A stretch of DNA of 64,000 nt from Anaerovoracaceae bacterium (GCA_963642455.1 CAVIGM010000003.1:1716-65715), one strand, 5' to 3'; shown: positions 54,070-62,681, counted from the stretch's first letter. The notes: generated from the letters alone by a model not told the origin. Program-made: numbers and translations.

Positions 54070-55218
54070 CTATGCTTCTTGATGCTGCGAATGATATTTG
54101 CCTTTCTCTATATACATCGCTTCATCCATTTTTCTCTGGAAGGTCTCCTGATTATCTTCTTTCTCGAATTTCGCATATCCCATGGATACTCTCAAGGCGA
54201 AAGGTTCTGCACCAGTCTGATTAAATTGCTCGAGCCTATCACTTATTTCGTCCATCACAGCGCGGACATCTCTGTCCTCAACATCCGGAAGAAGCATTAT
54301 GAATTCATCGCCTGAATATCGAATTACAATGCCGCTTCTTGGCATAGACTTAAGTAGCAAATCTCCCATCCAGCGGATTGCGCGATCTCCCGCATTATGT
54401 CCATAGGTATCATTTATCTTCTTGAAATCATTTACATCCATCATAATTCCATGAAGCGAGCCTCTGTATGCATTCTCCCTCTTGGTGAGCACACCATTCA
54501 GGTATCTTCGGTTAAGAAGACCTGAGAGCGCATCCATATAAGAATTCTCCGCATATATTTGCATCTGTACAAATATCAGGCCTATTGTCACAGATATGAA
54601 GGATGTTGTTATTCCATAGAATATAAGCTGCAAGATTGCCCCTGCAAAGCAAGGAACTACGAAATACAGCACTGGGAAGAAGTGAAGTCTGAGCTTCTGC
54701 GTATCGGAGCTGTATACAAGATAGATGCTGTAGACAATATATATCACAAGTGATATATAACCGATGATAATACCGTTCTCCCTATGATATACATTACTCT
54801 CCGATACAGTGAACATAAGGCCTGTACCGAAGGCGTTGAGAATAAGGGCTGTAATTTCAATTGCCCACGGAATAATCACTAATCTTATGTTACGAGTAAT
54901 CTTATCGAAGCTCTTATAAATATAAAGTAATACGTAAAGACACCACAGAAGCCCTATGCTAACGGTGCTGGCATAACTTATACTATTTGACAAATAGTTA
55001 AGCAGTCGGCCCGCCGGCATATCCTGCCCTTCCACAAGGAATGAAATCGTCTCCCATGTTGCTCCGAGCATGGTCAGAATTATCATTCCGTCATATATTC
55101 TATCTTTGGTTCTGGTGCTTTCTCTATGCTTACGCCTGGTAACAAGGAGATAGCTCATCATCAATAAGCTTATCCCGTTAGCGGCGATTATTTCTTTCAA
55201 ATCAACCAATTGATTCAC
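54070..55218 (-). CDS. Membrane-anchored GGDEF-domain protein with an SGDEF active-site variant
   Basis: A polytopic N-terminal module precedes a GGDEF domain that reads RYSGDEFIML. Confidence 0.75.
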   Translation of the reverse strand: MNQLVDLKEIIAANGISLLMMSYLLVTRRKHRESTRTKDRIYDGMIILTMLGATWETISFLVEGQDMPAGRLLNYLSNSISYASTVSIGLLWCLYVLLYIYKSFDKITRNIRLVIIPWAIEITALILNAFGTGLMFTVSESNVYHRENGIIIGYISLVIYIVYSIYLVYSSDTQKLRLHFFPVLYFVVPCFAGAILQLIFYGITTSFISVTIGLIFVQMQIYAENSYMDALSGLLNRRYLNGVLTKRENAYRGSLHGIMMDVNDFKKINDTYGHNAGDRAIRWMGDLLLKSMPRSGIVIRYSGDEFIMLLPDVEDRDVRAVMDEISDRLEQFNQTGAEPFALRVSMGYAKFEKEDNQETFQRKMDEAMYIEKGKYHSQHQEA

Positions 55219-55269
55219 TCAGCTTTCAATGTTTCAATTTATCAATATTACAATGTTTCAATAAATCAC

Positions 55270-58200
55270 TTATGCCTTTGCTGCGAATATTCTATCGAGT
55301 ACCTTCGCAATATCCTCCATGCTGATAGGCTTAGCGATATGCGCATTCATGCCCGCCTCGATGGATTTAATCCTGTCTTCTTCAAAAGCATTTGCGGTCA
55401 TAGCAACGATTGGGATATTCGCTTTTCTATTATTTGTCAGCGTGCGTATCTCCCTTGTTGCGGTATAGCCGTCCATCTTAGGCATTTGAATATCCATAAA
55501 AATCAAATCATATTTGTCCTCATCTGCATGGTACATGATCTCGACGGCCTCTGCTCCATCTGATGCAGTATCTACTTCCATGCCGGCATCCTCGAGTATT
55601 GCGGTAGCAATTTCACTGTTAAGCTCGTTGTCCTCTACAAGAAGAACATGCTTGCCGCTATAATCGTAGCGTACCTTTTCCTGCTCTTTGGTAATCTCGT
55701 CATCGTCCCTCTTAGTCAGAACGCTTCTTAATTCGGACATGAAAAGTGGCTTAGATACGAAGGCTGTAACTCCTGCTTCTCTTGCCTCTGCTTCGAAATC
55801 CGCCCAATCATAAGCGGTAAGTACGATAATTGGTACCTCCTCGCTTATAACCCTGCGAATGCGACGAACCGTCTCGATGCCGTTCATGTCAGGCATCAGA
55901 TAGTCGATGATATAGACCTTATATTCGTCCTTAATCTCCGAAGCCTCCTGCGCACGAATGACTGCTTCCCTGCCGGATACAGTCCAGTCAGGCCTCATTT
56001 CAATATCGCGAAGCATCTGGCTGACGCTTCTGCAGGTATTCAAATCGTCATCTACCACAAGCACTCTTGCGCCTTTGAGATAAGGTATAGGTTCCTTATT
56101 CACACGCTCAGTCGCAAGCTTAAGGTCTAATGTAACCGTAAAGATTGAACCTTTGCCTTCCTCACTCTCAACGACTATATCTCCGCCCATCAGGTCTATG
56201 ATGTTCTTTGTGATAGCCATGCCAAGACCAGTACCCTGAATGCCACTGACAGTTGAGCTATGCTCTCTTGAGAAAGTCTCGAAGATATGCTCCTTGAATT
56301 CCTGCGTCATACCTATGCCGGTATCCTTTACAGAAAATTCATAAGTTCTGTAGTGTTCTCTTGTGCTTGGTCTTTCAAGAAGACGAATGATGATGTCGCC
56401 GCCCGGCGGTGTATACTTGACAGCATTGCCGATAATATTGATCAGCACCTGATTCAGACGCAGCCTATCTGTGATGACATCCTCATGAACAACATCCTGT
56501 GTATCGATATACAGATTCTGATTCTTGGCATTTACAAGTCCTTGAACCATGGTGCGAAGGTCATGCAAAATGTCAGGAATGTGTATTGGCTTCTCGTCAA
56601 GCTTGACTGTTCCGCTCTCTATGCGGCTCATATCAAGAATATCGTTGATAAGGCTCAGCAAATGAGTACTTGACGTGCTAATCTTCGCAAGATAATCCTG
56701 CACCTGAATTTGATCGTCCATGTGCGTCTGGGCAAGTGCCGTGAAGCCTATAATCGCGTTCATAGGTGTACGGATGTCATGCGACATACTGTTAAGGAAA
56801 GTGGACTTCGCCTTATTGGCCTGCTGTGCCGCAGCCAGAGCATTGGACAGCTGTTCATTTTGCTCGAGTTCCTTAGTCTTCTCGAATGTACTATCGCGAG
56901 CAACATATAGAACTTCCTTGGCAACACCATTCTCGTCCCTATTCTTTACGATGAAACGCGCCTTATACCAATTTCCTGCAGGATCCTTATATTCAGCCGA
57001 AACAGTATTTACATTCTCAAGGCGGCTTGCGAGCGTATTAAGATCTAAGAATTCTCGCATTGAGCCCCGCATCTCAGGAGCCATAAATGCCGTAATAATC
57101 TTCTCTTCTACATCATCGAAATTGCCGACCGTTCCTGCAACAGTTCCCATAAGAGGAACGCTGTTGAGTATTTCGTATTTATGTGTGTCAATTTCCGCTC
57201 TGAAAATAGTCGAATAGATTGTTGACAGAGCCGAAATAACTTCGGTATGCTCTCTTTCTTGACGAAGCCTTGCCTCTTCGAGCTCGCGCTCTTTTCTTTC
57301 TTGTGCACGATGCTCTGCGACAATATCATCGACGCTCTGATAACCAAGTACAGCCTTCATGCCAGGCAGGTCCAGTCTGCTCATCGTATACTGGAAGTGA
57401 TGCACCTTTCCATCGATGATGCTGCGGTAATAGCCAGAGAATTCGCCCTGCGTTTGAAGAAGATTCTTGACATTATCTGTTTCGAAGGTCTTTCTTATCT
57501 CGGTCCTATCCTCAGGACATACCACATTCTCAATCCAATTCTTTCGAATAGCGTCAAATGGGAATTCGTAATCAGGGCCTACGTCAAGAAGTTCCTTGTA
57601 TCCCTCGTCTAACTTAAGTATTCTTATTGTCCCCTTATCCATATCTGCAAAGTAGACATTCCTGAAATTGCTTGCAAGTCTATCGAAAATCTTGAGTTGC
57701 TCTTCCATTTGCTTCTGGTAAACAAGCTCTTTCTCGCGTTGCGCCTTCTCCTCAGCTAAATGCCGAGCGATGATATCGTCAATATTGCGGAAGCCTGCAA
57801 CAACACAATTGAGATTAGCCAGCTTGAAGTAAGTATAACGATAGTGATGCACCTCGCCATCTATCAAGCCACGATAACTACCAGTATATTCATCTTTATC
57901 TGAGAATACCTCACGCAGATGCTTAAGAGAAATGTTATGCCTAACCATCTCACGATCCTCTGGATGGACGCGTTCCTCGATATAGCCTTTGCAAATTCCG
58001 TCATAAAGGAATTTCTGATTTACCGTATCGTCTACTTCTTCGGAGATATAGCTATTCATCTTGAGTATGCGAGATGAGCCGTCTTCAAGATTGATCCAGA
58101 ATACATTCTGATAATCTCGAGAAAGTACATTGATGATTGCCTGGCTCTTTTCCTCGTCTACCTTCTCAACAGCGAAAATAACATGGCAAAGCTCACCATA

Positions 58201-58947
58201 CTCGTCCTCATCTTCTGCGAAGAAATGCAGTCTGCATGTTTCTGCAGCATAAGACAGGAACTCCATCATGATGTGATTCTTGTCTGCCAAACGCTCCTTG
58301 AGAGTGCTTCTGTCCACAAATTGCAGTGCCTCTCCTAAGCTCCATTTCGAAGAAAGTGCGGTGATAATACGCTTAGAATTGTCGTCATAGTTGTCGGAAT
58401 TCGGAATAGTAGCCTTATCTATCGACGGTGTGGTCTTGATGGTGCCATAGCGATTCGTTTGAATATTCACTCTGTGCAGTGAGAAGAAAATGCTTGAAAT
58501 AGCATTATAAGCGTTATACAGGCCCTTTCTATGATGCTCACGCTCGATTCTTACTATAGAATCTATATTCTTGAAAGCCACAACAAGGCGCAGTTCCTCA
58601 CCTGGCTCAGAAATACGACTGTAACGCGCCGAATAGTATCGAATCTCGTCATCTTCGAGGATGCGGTAATCACAATCAAGATGTTCTCGGCCGTCGGAAA
58701 AGATCTCAATCAAAGACTCGCACGAGAGTGTCTCCAAGAAAGTATCTATGTCCTCGCTATATACGCGGTCTTCGGCATAGGTTCTAAGGAGCTTAGAGTA
58801 TTGAAAGTTCTGCAGGTCACTTGAGATGCCTTTCGTTACGTAACCCTGTAGCTTAATTACATCCGCGCTATCCTCATTAGGCCTTAGCACATATACATTC
58901 AGATAATCTGCGGTCAGCGCCGCCAACAAGTCAGTATAATTAAACAT
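55270..58947 (-). CDS. Soluble hybrid sensor histidine kinase: five PAS-like repeats, HisKA, HATPase_c and two REC domains
   Basis: The H-box is FLNSMSHDIRTPMNAI. HATPase motifs (DTGIGM, GTGLGMAI) are present. REC1 has LVVDDD...IIDYLMPDMNG and REC2 has LLVEDN...FMDIQMPKMDG. The N-terminal 700 aa consists of recurring modules. Confidence 0.85.
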   Translation of the reverse strand: MFNYTDLLAALTADYLNVYVLRPNEDSADVIKLQGYVTKGISSDLQNFQYSKLLRTYAEDRVYSEDIDTFLETLSCESLIEIFSDGREHLDCDYRILEDDEIRYYSARYSRISEPGEELRLVVAFKNIDSIVRIEREHHRKGLYNAYNAISSIFFSLHRVNIQTNRYGTIKTTPSIDKATIPNSDNYDDNSKRIITALSSKWSLGEALQFVDRSTLKERLADKNHIMMEFLSYAAETCRLHFFAEDEDEYGELCHVIFAVEKVDEEKSQAIINVLSRDYQNVFWINLEDGSSRILKMNSYISEEVDDTVNQKFLYDGICKGYIEERVHPEDREMVRHNISLKHLREVFSDKDEYTGSYRGLIDGEVHHYRYTYFKLANLNCVVAGFRNIDDIIARHLAEEKAQREKELVYQKQMEEQLKIFDRLASNFRNVYFADMDKGTIRILKLDEGYKELLDVGPDYEFPFDAIRKNWIENVVCPEDRTEIRKTFETDNVKNLLQTQGEFSGYYRSIIDGKVHHFQYTMSRLDLPGMKAVLGYQSVDDIVAEHRAQERKERELEEARLRQEREHTEVISALSTIYSTIFRAEIDTHKYEILNSVPLMGTVAGTVGNFDDVEEKIITAFMAPEMRGSMREFLDLNTLASRLENVNTVSAEYKDPAGNWYKARFIVKNRDENGVAKEVLYVARDSTFEKTKELEQNEQLSNALAAAQQANKAKSTFLNSMSHDIRTPMNAIIGFTALAQTHMDDQIQVQDYLAKISTSSTHLLSLINDILDMSRIESGTVKLDEKPIHIPDILHDLRTMVQGLVNAKNQNLYIDTQDVVHEDVITDRLRLNQVLINIIGNAVKYTPPGGDIIIRLLERPSTREHYRTYEFSVKDTGIGMTQEFKEHIFETFSREHSSTVSGIQGTGLGMAITKNIIDLMGGDIVVESEEGKGSIFTVTLDLKLATERVNKEPIPYLKGARVLVVDDDLNTCRSVSQMLRDIEMRPDWTVSGREAVIRAQEASEIKDEYKVYIIDYLMPDMNGIETVRRIRRVISEEVPIIVLTAYDWADFEAEAREAGVTAFVSKPLFMSELRSVLTKRDDDEITKEQEKVRYDYSGKHVLLVEDNELNSEIATAILEDAGMEVDTASDGAEAVEIMYHADEDKYDLIFMDIQMPKMDGYTATREIRTLTNNRKANIPIVAMTANAFEEDRIKSIEAGMNAHIAKPISMEDIAKVLDRIFAAKA

Positions 58948-58990
58948 GTATTATATTGCCCTTCTATTCTTAGATTGATAAGTTTGACTG

Positions 58991-59036
58991 CAATTTCGAT
59001 TGCAATTGTGATTGCGACTTCGATTGCGACTTCGTT
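58991..59036. repeat. Tandem CGATTGCRAYTTS units (x4)
   Basis: The array lies between the start of the 1225-aa kinase gene and the stop codon of the 629-aa kinase gene, which it abuts. Confidence 0.8.
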
Positions 59037-60924
59037 ACTTTGTTCCGCAGCACAGCTTCAATGTATCCTGCAGTTCTTTAGGATCAATAGGCTTGGTTAA
59101 ATGATAATTCATACCAACCTCAAGTGTGCGCATACGTTCATCATCGAAGGCGTCTGCTGTCATAGCTATGATAGGAATGCTTGCGGCATCTGGACGATCA
59201 AGTGCCCTTATCGTCTTAGTCGCCTCAAGTCCATCCATTATAGGCATACGAACGTCCATCAAGATTACACCATAGGTATTAAGTTCACTTGCGGCAAAAG
59301 TATCCACTGCCTCCTGACCATTTGTCGCTTCGGTAATCTTGCATCCGATATTCTCCAGAATAATCCTCGCTACATACGTGTTAATCTCATTATCCTCTAC
59401 AAGAAGGACATGAAGTCCGTCCAGCGAAGAAGAAGAAGAAGAAGAAGAAGAAGTTATTGATGATGATGCTCCTTTGTCTTCGCTTGCAACGATATCTACG
59501 CTCAGCAGCACCGTAAATTCCGATCCCTCGCCAAGCTTACTTTTGACTGAAATTGTGCCATCCATGCTGTCCACAAGGTTCTTTACGATAGAAAGTCCAA
59601 GTCCCGTTCCCTTCGTGGCGTTGCTCAAGTCAGAATGCTCTTGCGAGAAAGGCTCGAACAAATGCTGCTGGAATTCTTCGCTCATGCCGATGCCGTTATC
59701 ACGAACGACAAATTTAATCTTAAGCTTGCCGTCTTCTGTTTCGAGATTCTCAACATTGAACCAGATATCTCCACCCTCTGGAGTGAATTTAACGGCATTT
59801 GACAAGAGATTGAAGAAAATCTGATTGAAGCGAAGCTTATCCACAGAAATGGTATATTCCCCTGGGTTAAGCTCGGTGTGGAAGTTGATATCCTTTTCTT
59901 TCATCAGAGGCGAAATAACAGTCTCCACGGTAGATAGGAATTCCGAACGAGTCAGATTGCTCTTGTTCAGCACCAGGCCGCCGCTTTCGATACGGCTCAT
60001 ATCAAGAATGTCGTTGATAAGACCCAGAAGGAATTTGCTTGAAATCATCATTTTGTTCAGATAGTCGCGCACGGTATCTGAGACAGGCTCTTTGAGCGCC
60101 AATTCGTTCAGATTGATAATGGCATTCATAGGGGTTCTGATATCATGGCTCATACGGGAGAGGAAATCCGTCTTTGCCTTGCTTGCCTCCTGCGCCTTCT
60201 CGAGTGACTCTTGAATTATTTGCTGCTGCTCATCCTTCGCCATATCGGAATCCTTAGTAGCGATGAAGTAGAATGCAAGCATCGTAACTATAACCTGACA
60301 GAATGGCATGAATGGGAAAATCGTTCCCATAGGGATAACCGAGCCATTAACAAATGCGCCTATCAGTACAACAAGAGAAATCATTGCAGCTCTTATTGCA
60401 TAACGTTCCTTCTGTTCGTTCTTGCGTATCAATATTATCAGCATATCAATTATTGAATCCGCATAGTAGAAGAAGTTGAGATAGGAATATATGGTGTATA
60501 ATTGGCCTCTTGCATACATGCCATTATTGTCGAAATAATACAATGCACCTGTAGAAGGTGTCATTATAATCATGACAAGCAGGATTACAATAGGAATTAG
60601 CTCTAATATCCTGACCAACTTTCCGAGGGTGCTTCCTACGTAATTACGCACAAATAAGTGCCATATAAATGGAAGTGCTGTATATACTATATAGAAGACA
60701 AATGCGACTATGCTCCACTGGCTTACGGTGAGTCCTCCGGAGAGGTGGCAAGCGATAAAAACGCAGTCCGTTATAACATATAGTGCAGTTCCGCCTATAA
60801 GAAGCAGCGAATAGTTGCGGCTTGTCTTCTTCGTAACAGCTGTGAAGGATCGAGCCGCAATGATTGCCAAGATAATGATCATGAAGACCGCACTCAGCAC
60901 ATAACTAGATAGTATACTATTCAT
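59035..60924 (-). CDS. Membrane hybrid sensor histidine kinase with a poly-Ser linker and a C-terminal REC domain
   Basis: A polytopic module of about 220 aa precedes the H-box FLSRMSHDIRTPMNAI and HATPase_c (DNGIGM, GTGLGLSIV). An S-rich linker follows, then REC (LLVEDNE...LMDVRMPIMDG). Confidence 0.85.
   Translation of the reverse strand: MNSILSSYVLSAVFMIIILAIIAARSFTAVTKKTSRNYSLLLIGGTALYVITDCVFIACHLSGGLTVSQWSIVAFVFYIVYTALPFIWHLFVRNYVGSTLGKLVRILELIPIVILLVMIIMTPSTGALYYFDNNGMYARGQLYTIYSYLNFFYYADSIIDMLIILIRKNEQKERYAIRAAMISLVVLIGAFVNGSVIPMGTIFPFMPFCQVIVTMLAFYFIATKDSDMAKDEQQQIIQESLEKAQEASKAKTDFLSRMSHDIRTPMNAIINLNELALKEPVSDTVRDYLNKMMISSKFLLGLINDILDMSRIESGGLVLNKSNLTRSEFLSTVETVISPLMKEKDINFHTELNPGEYTISVDKLRFNQIFFNLLSNAVKFTPEGGDIWFNVENLETEDGKLKIKFVVRDNGIGMSEEFQQHLFEPFSQEHSDLSNATKGTGLGLSIVKNLVDSMDGTISVKSKLGEGSEFTVLLSVDIVASEDKGASSSITSSSSSSSSSLDGLHVLLVEDNEINTYVARIILENIGCKITEATNGQEAVDTFAASELNTYGVILMDVRMPIMDGLEATKTIRALDRPDAASIPIIAMTADAFDDERMRTLEVGMNYHLTKPIDPKELQDTLKLCCGTK
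59426..59452. repeat. Perfect (GAA)9 microsatellite inside a CDS, encoding Ser9 as TCT on the minus strand
   Basis: It reads gaagaagaagaagaagaagaagaagaa and is followed by (GAT)3. It corresponds to the linker ...SSSSSSSSS... of the hybrid kinase. Confidence 0.9.
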
Positions 60925-61108
60925 AATTATTTCCCCTCTTTTCTGAAGATATAGAAAGCATTTCTTTCAATATCCAATTCCGCAATCAGCATACATTAAG
61001 CATAAATAATATACTTAATCAAGATATATAATCTCATAAAATCATGCTTTTGGCAACTGATATTCAACGCGAGGATAGTTTTTATATTCATACAGAATTC
61101 ATACGGAA

Positions 61109-61139
61109 AGAGGCTGCATCGGTGTCCGATACAGCCTCT
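61109..61139. other. Strong orphan hairpin in a divergent promoter region
   Basis: AGAGGCTG(c)ATCGG-tgt-CCGAT(a)CAGCCTCT forms 8+5 bp. It lies between the divergently transcribed kinase (start 60924) and lipoprotein (start 61406) genes. Confidence 0.45.
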
Positions 61140-61189
61140 CCTTTATGTAGCTTCAAATTTGTATTTTTTTGCAAATTGCATATTGTGTC

Positions 61190-61256
61190 GCATTTCGATT
61201 TACGGTTCGGGGGGATGCATTTCGATTTGCGTTTCGGGTTACTCTGCGATTTGCAT
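61190..61256. repeat. 27-bp-period direct repeat GCATTTCGATTTRCGKTTCGGG x2, plus a partial third copy
   Basis: These are read directly in the 480-bp spacer upstream of the lipoprotein gene. Confidence 0.8.
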
Positions 61257-61405
61257 TCTCATTATAGATTTAAGTTGCGATTGAGGTCTAATTCTTATTT
61301 TCAATTTAATGGCACGAAATTATAGAAACAAATTATTAGAAGTATGGTAGAATCAAGACAAACCTGAACAGAACAAGAATGAACAGGAATGAACAGGAGG
61401 AAGAA

Positions 61406-62617
61406 ATGAGAATGCGTAAATTCAAAACAAGATCAAAGATACTCGCTTCGCTGGCGTTAGTATTGCTTATGGTCTTAGGTCTTACTGGATGCGGTAACAA
61501 TGACAGAGTGAAGGGAACGGTCCTCGGAGACTATGTAATCGAGCTTCCAACAATTACGGAAATCGACTATGACGCTGGCCTTAAGAAAGGCAAAGAAATG
61601 TTCGGCAAGTTCGGTTGCTCTGCAATCGGCAAGGTTCTGGACGATGGCGACATGGTTATCGGCCGCTCTTTTGACCTCTACTACAGCAACAACCCTGCTT
61701 ATGTAATCAGAACGGATGTTGAAGGCTACTATAAAACAGTTGGTCTTGCATACGATAACTTCGACGGAGAGACCTTCGACGTTATTAAAGAGAAAGGCGT
61801 AAGCCAAGACGAACTTTTGACTTTGATTTTCTTTACTAACGACATTATGAACGAGAAGGGCCTTTACATCGAGGCAAATATGCGCCCTGAGCAGCCAGAA
61901 TCTACTGGAATTGTCGCAAGCACAGGCACGAACCCTGACGCAGAGATCAGCCTTTCTTTCCCTGCACTTGTCAGATACCTTGGTGAAAGATGCGCCACCG
62001 TTGATGAGGCTGTTGAGCTTGCACAGACACTGAATGTATATGGCATGATTACTGATGATTTCAGCTGGGGCGGAGCCTATTTCTTGGCTGACGAATCCGG
62101 TCACTACGGTGTCATGGAGCTCGTTGACAACAAGCTTATTTGGCTCGACGGACAGAATTGCCAGACTAACTACTACCTCAACGACGAATACAAGGATGTT
62201 GCAACTATAGGTGCCGGAACAGGCAGATATGACCTTCTTACAAGCGAAATCGGCTCGGTTCAGAGCGAGGACGACATGACAAGTCTTATCAAGAAGGTTA
62301 GATATACTCAGATTCGCAGCCCTTATACCAGCCTATTTGATCCACGCAGTGAGTTTACAGGATTCGGCGATGGCTTCGAGGACTTTGGTGGTGCGCTTAC
62401 GATTGAGATGAGCCAGAGCGATGAGTACAAAGATCAGCTCTACGAAGCAATCGAGCAAAACGAAGCGGCTGAGAGAGATAAAGACATTCAGACGCTTAGA
62501 GACGAAGGCACGCAGTGGCTCTCCGTATGGCAGTCGATTTCAAATTGTAACAAGAGAACAATCAAGGCTATCTTCTTCGAAGACGACAATCTGACCTTTG
62601 ACCTTACGGTTGAATAG
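61406..62617 (+). CDS. Lipoprotein of the choloylglycine hydrolase / linear-amide C-N hydrolase (Ntn) family
   Basis: The lipobox is LGLTGC. A CBAH-like nucleophile context (GC-SAIGKVLDDGDMVIGRSFD) lies about 55 aa later. I place the start at ATG 61406, 5 nt after AGGAGG. Confidence 0.55.
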   Translation: MRMRKFKTRSKILASLALVLLMVLGLTGCGNNDRVKGTVLGDYVIELPTITEIDYDAGLKKGKEMFGKFGCSAIGKVLDDGDMVIGRSFDLYYSNNPAYVIRTDVEGYYKTVGLAYDNFDGETFDVIKEKGVSQDELLTLIFFTNDIMNEKGLYIEANMRPEQPESTGIVASTGTNPDAEISLSFPALVRYLGERCATVDEAVELAQTLNVYGMITDDFSWGGAYFLADESGHYGVMELVDNKLIWLDGQNCQTNYYLNDEYKDVATIGAGTGRYDLLTSEIGSVQSEDDMTSLIKKVRYTQIRSPYTSLFDPRSEFTGFGDGFEDFGGALTIEMSQSDEYKDQLYEAIEQNEAAERDKDIQTLRDEGTQWLSVWQSISNCNKRTIKAIFFEDDNLTFDLTVE

Positions 62618-62681
62618 TAGAATAGTAGAATAGTAGAATAGTTGAATAGTTGAATTGTTGAATTGTTGAATTGTCGAATAG
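62610..62681. repeat. 9 x 8-bp tandem array (TTGAATAG / TAGAATAG / TTGAATTG / TCGAATAG)
   Basis: The first unit contains the last sense codons and the TAG stop of the lipoprotein gene (62615-62617). Confidence 0.9.

Noticed and set aside
55270-60924. The two hybrid kinases as a Detocs-like defensive two-component system.
   Set aside because: There is no Hpt 'buffer' protein and no REC-effector (nucleosidase or other toxic domain) gene. The neighbours are GGDEF proteins, and the composition is like the core genome.
3054-62681. Could the many short repeat arrays be CRISPR arrays or a dispersed REP/MITE family?
   Set aside because: The units are 6-39 bp and directly abutting or nearly so, with no unique spacers of 25-40 bp. 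There are at most 9 copies and no cas genes. The repeat sequence differs in each spacer, so they are neither CRISPR nor a single mobile repeat family.
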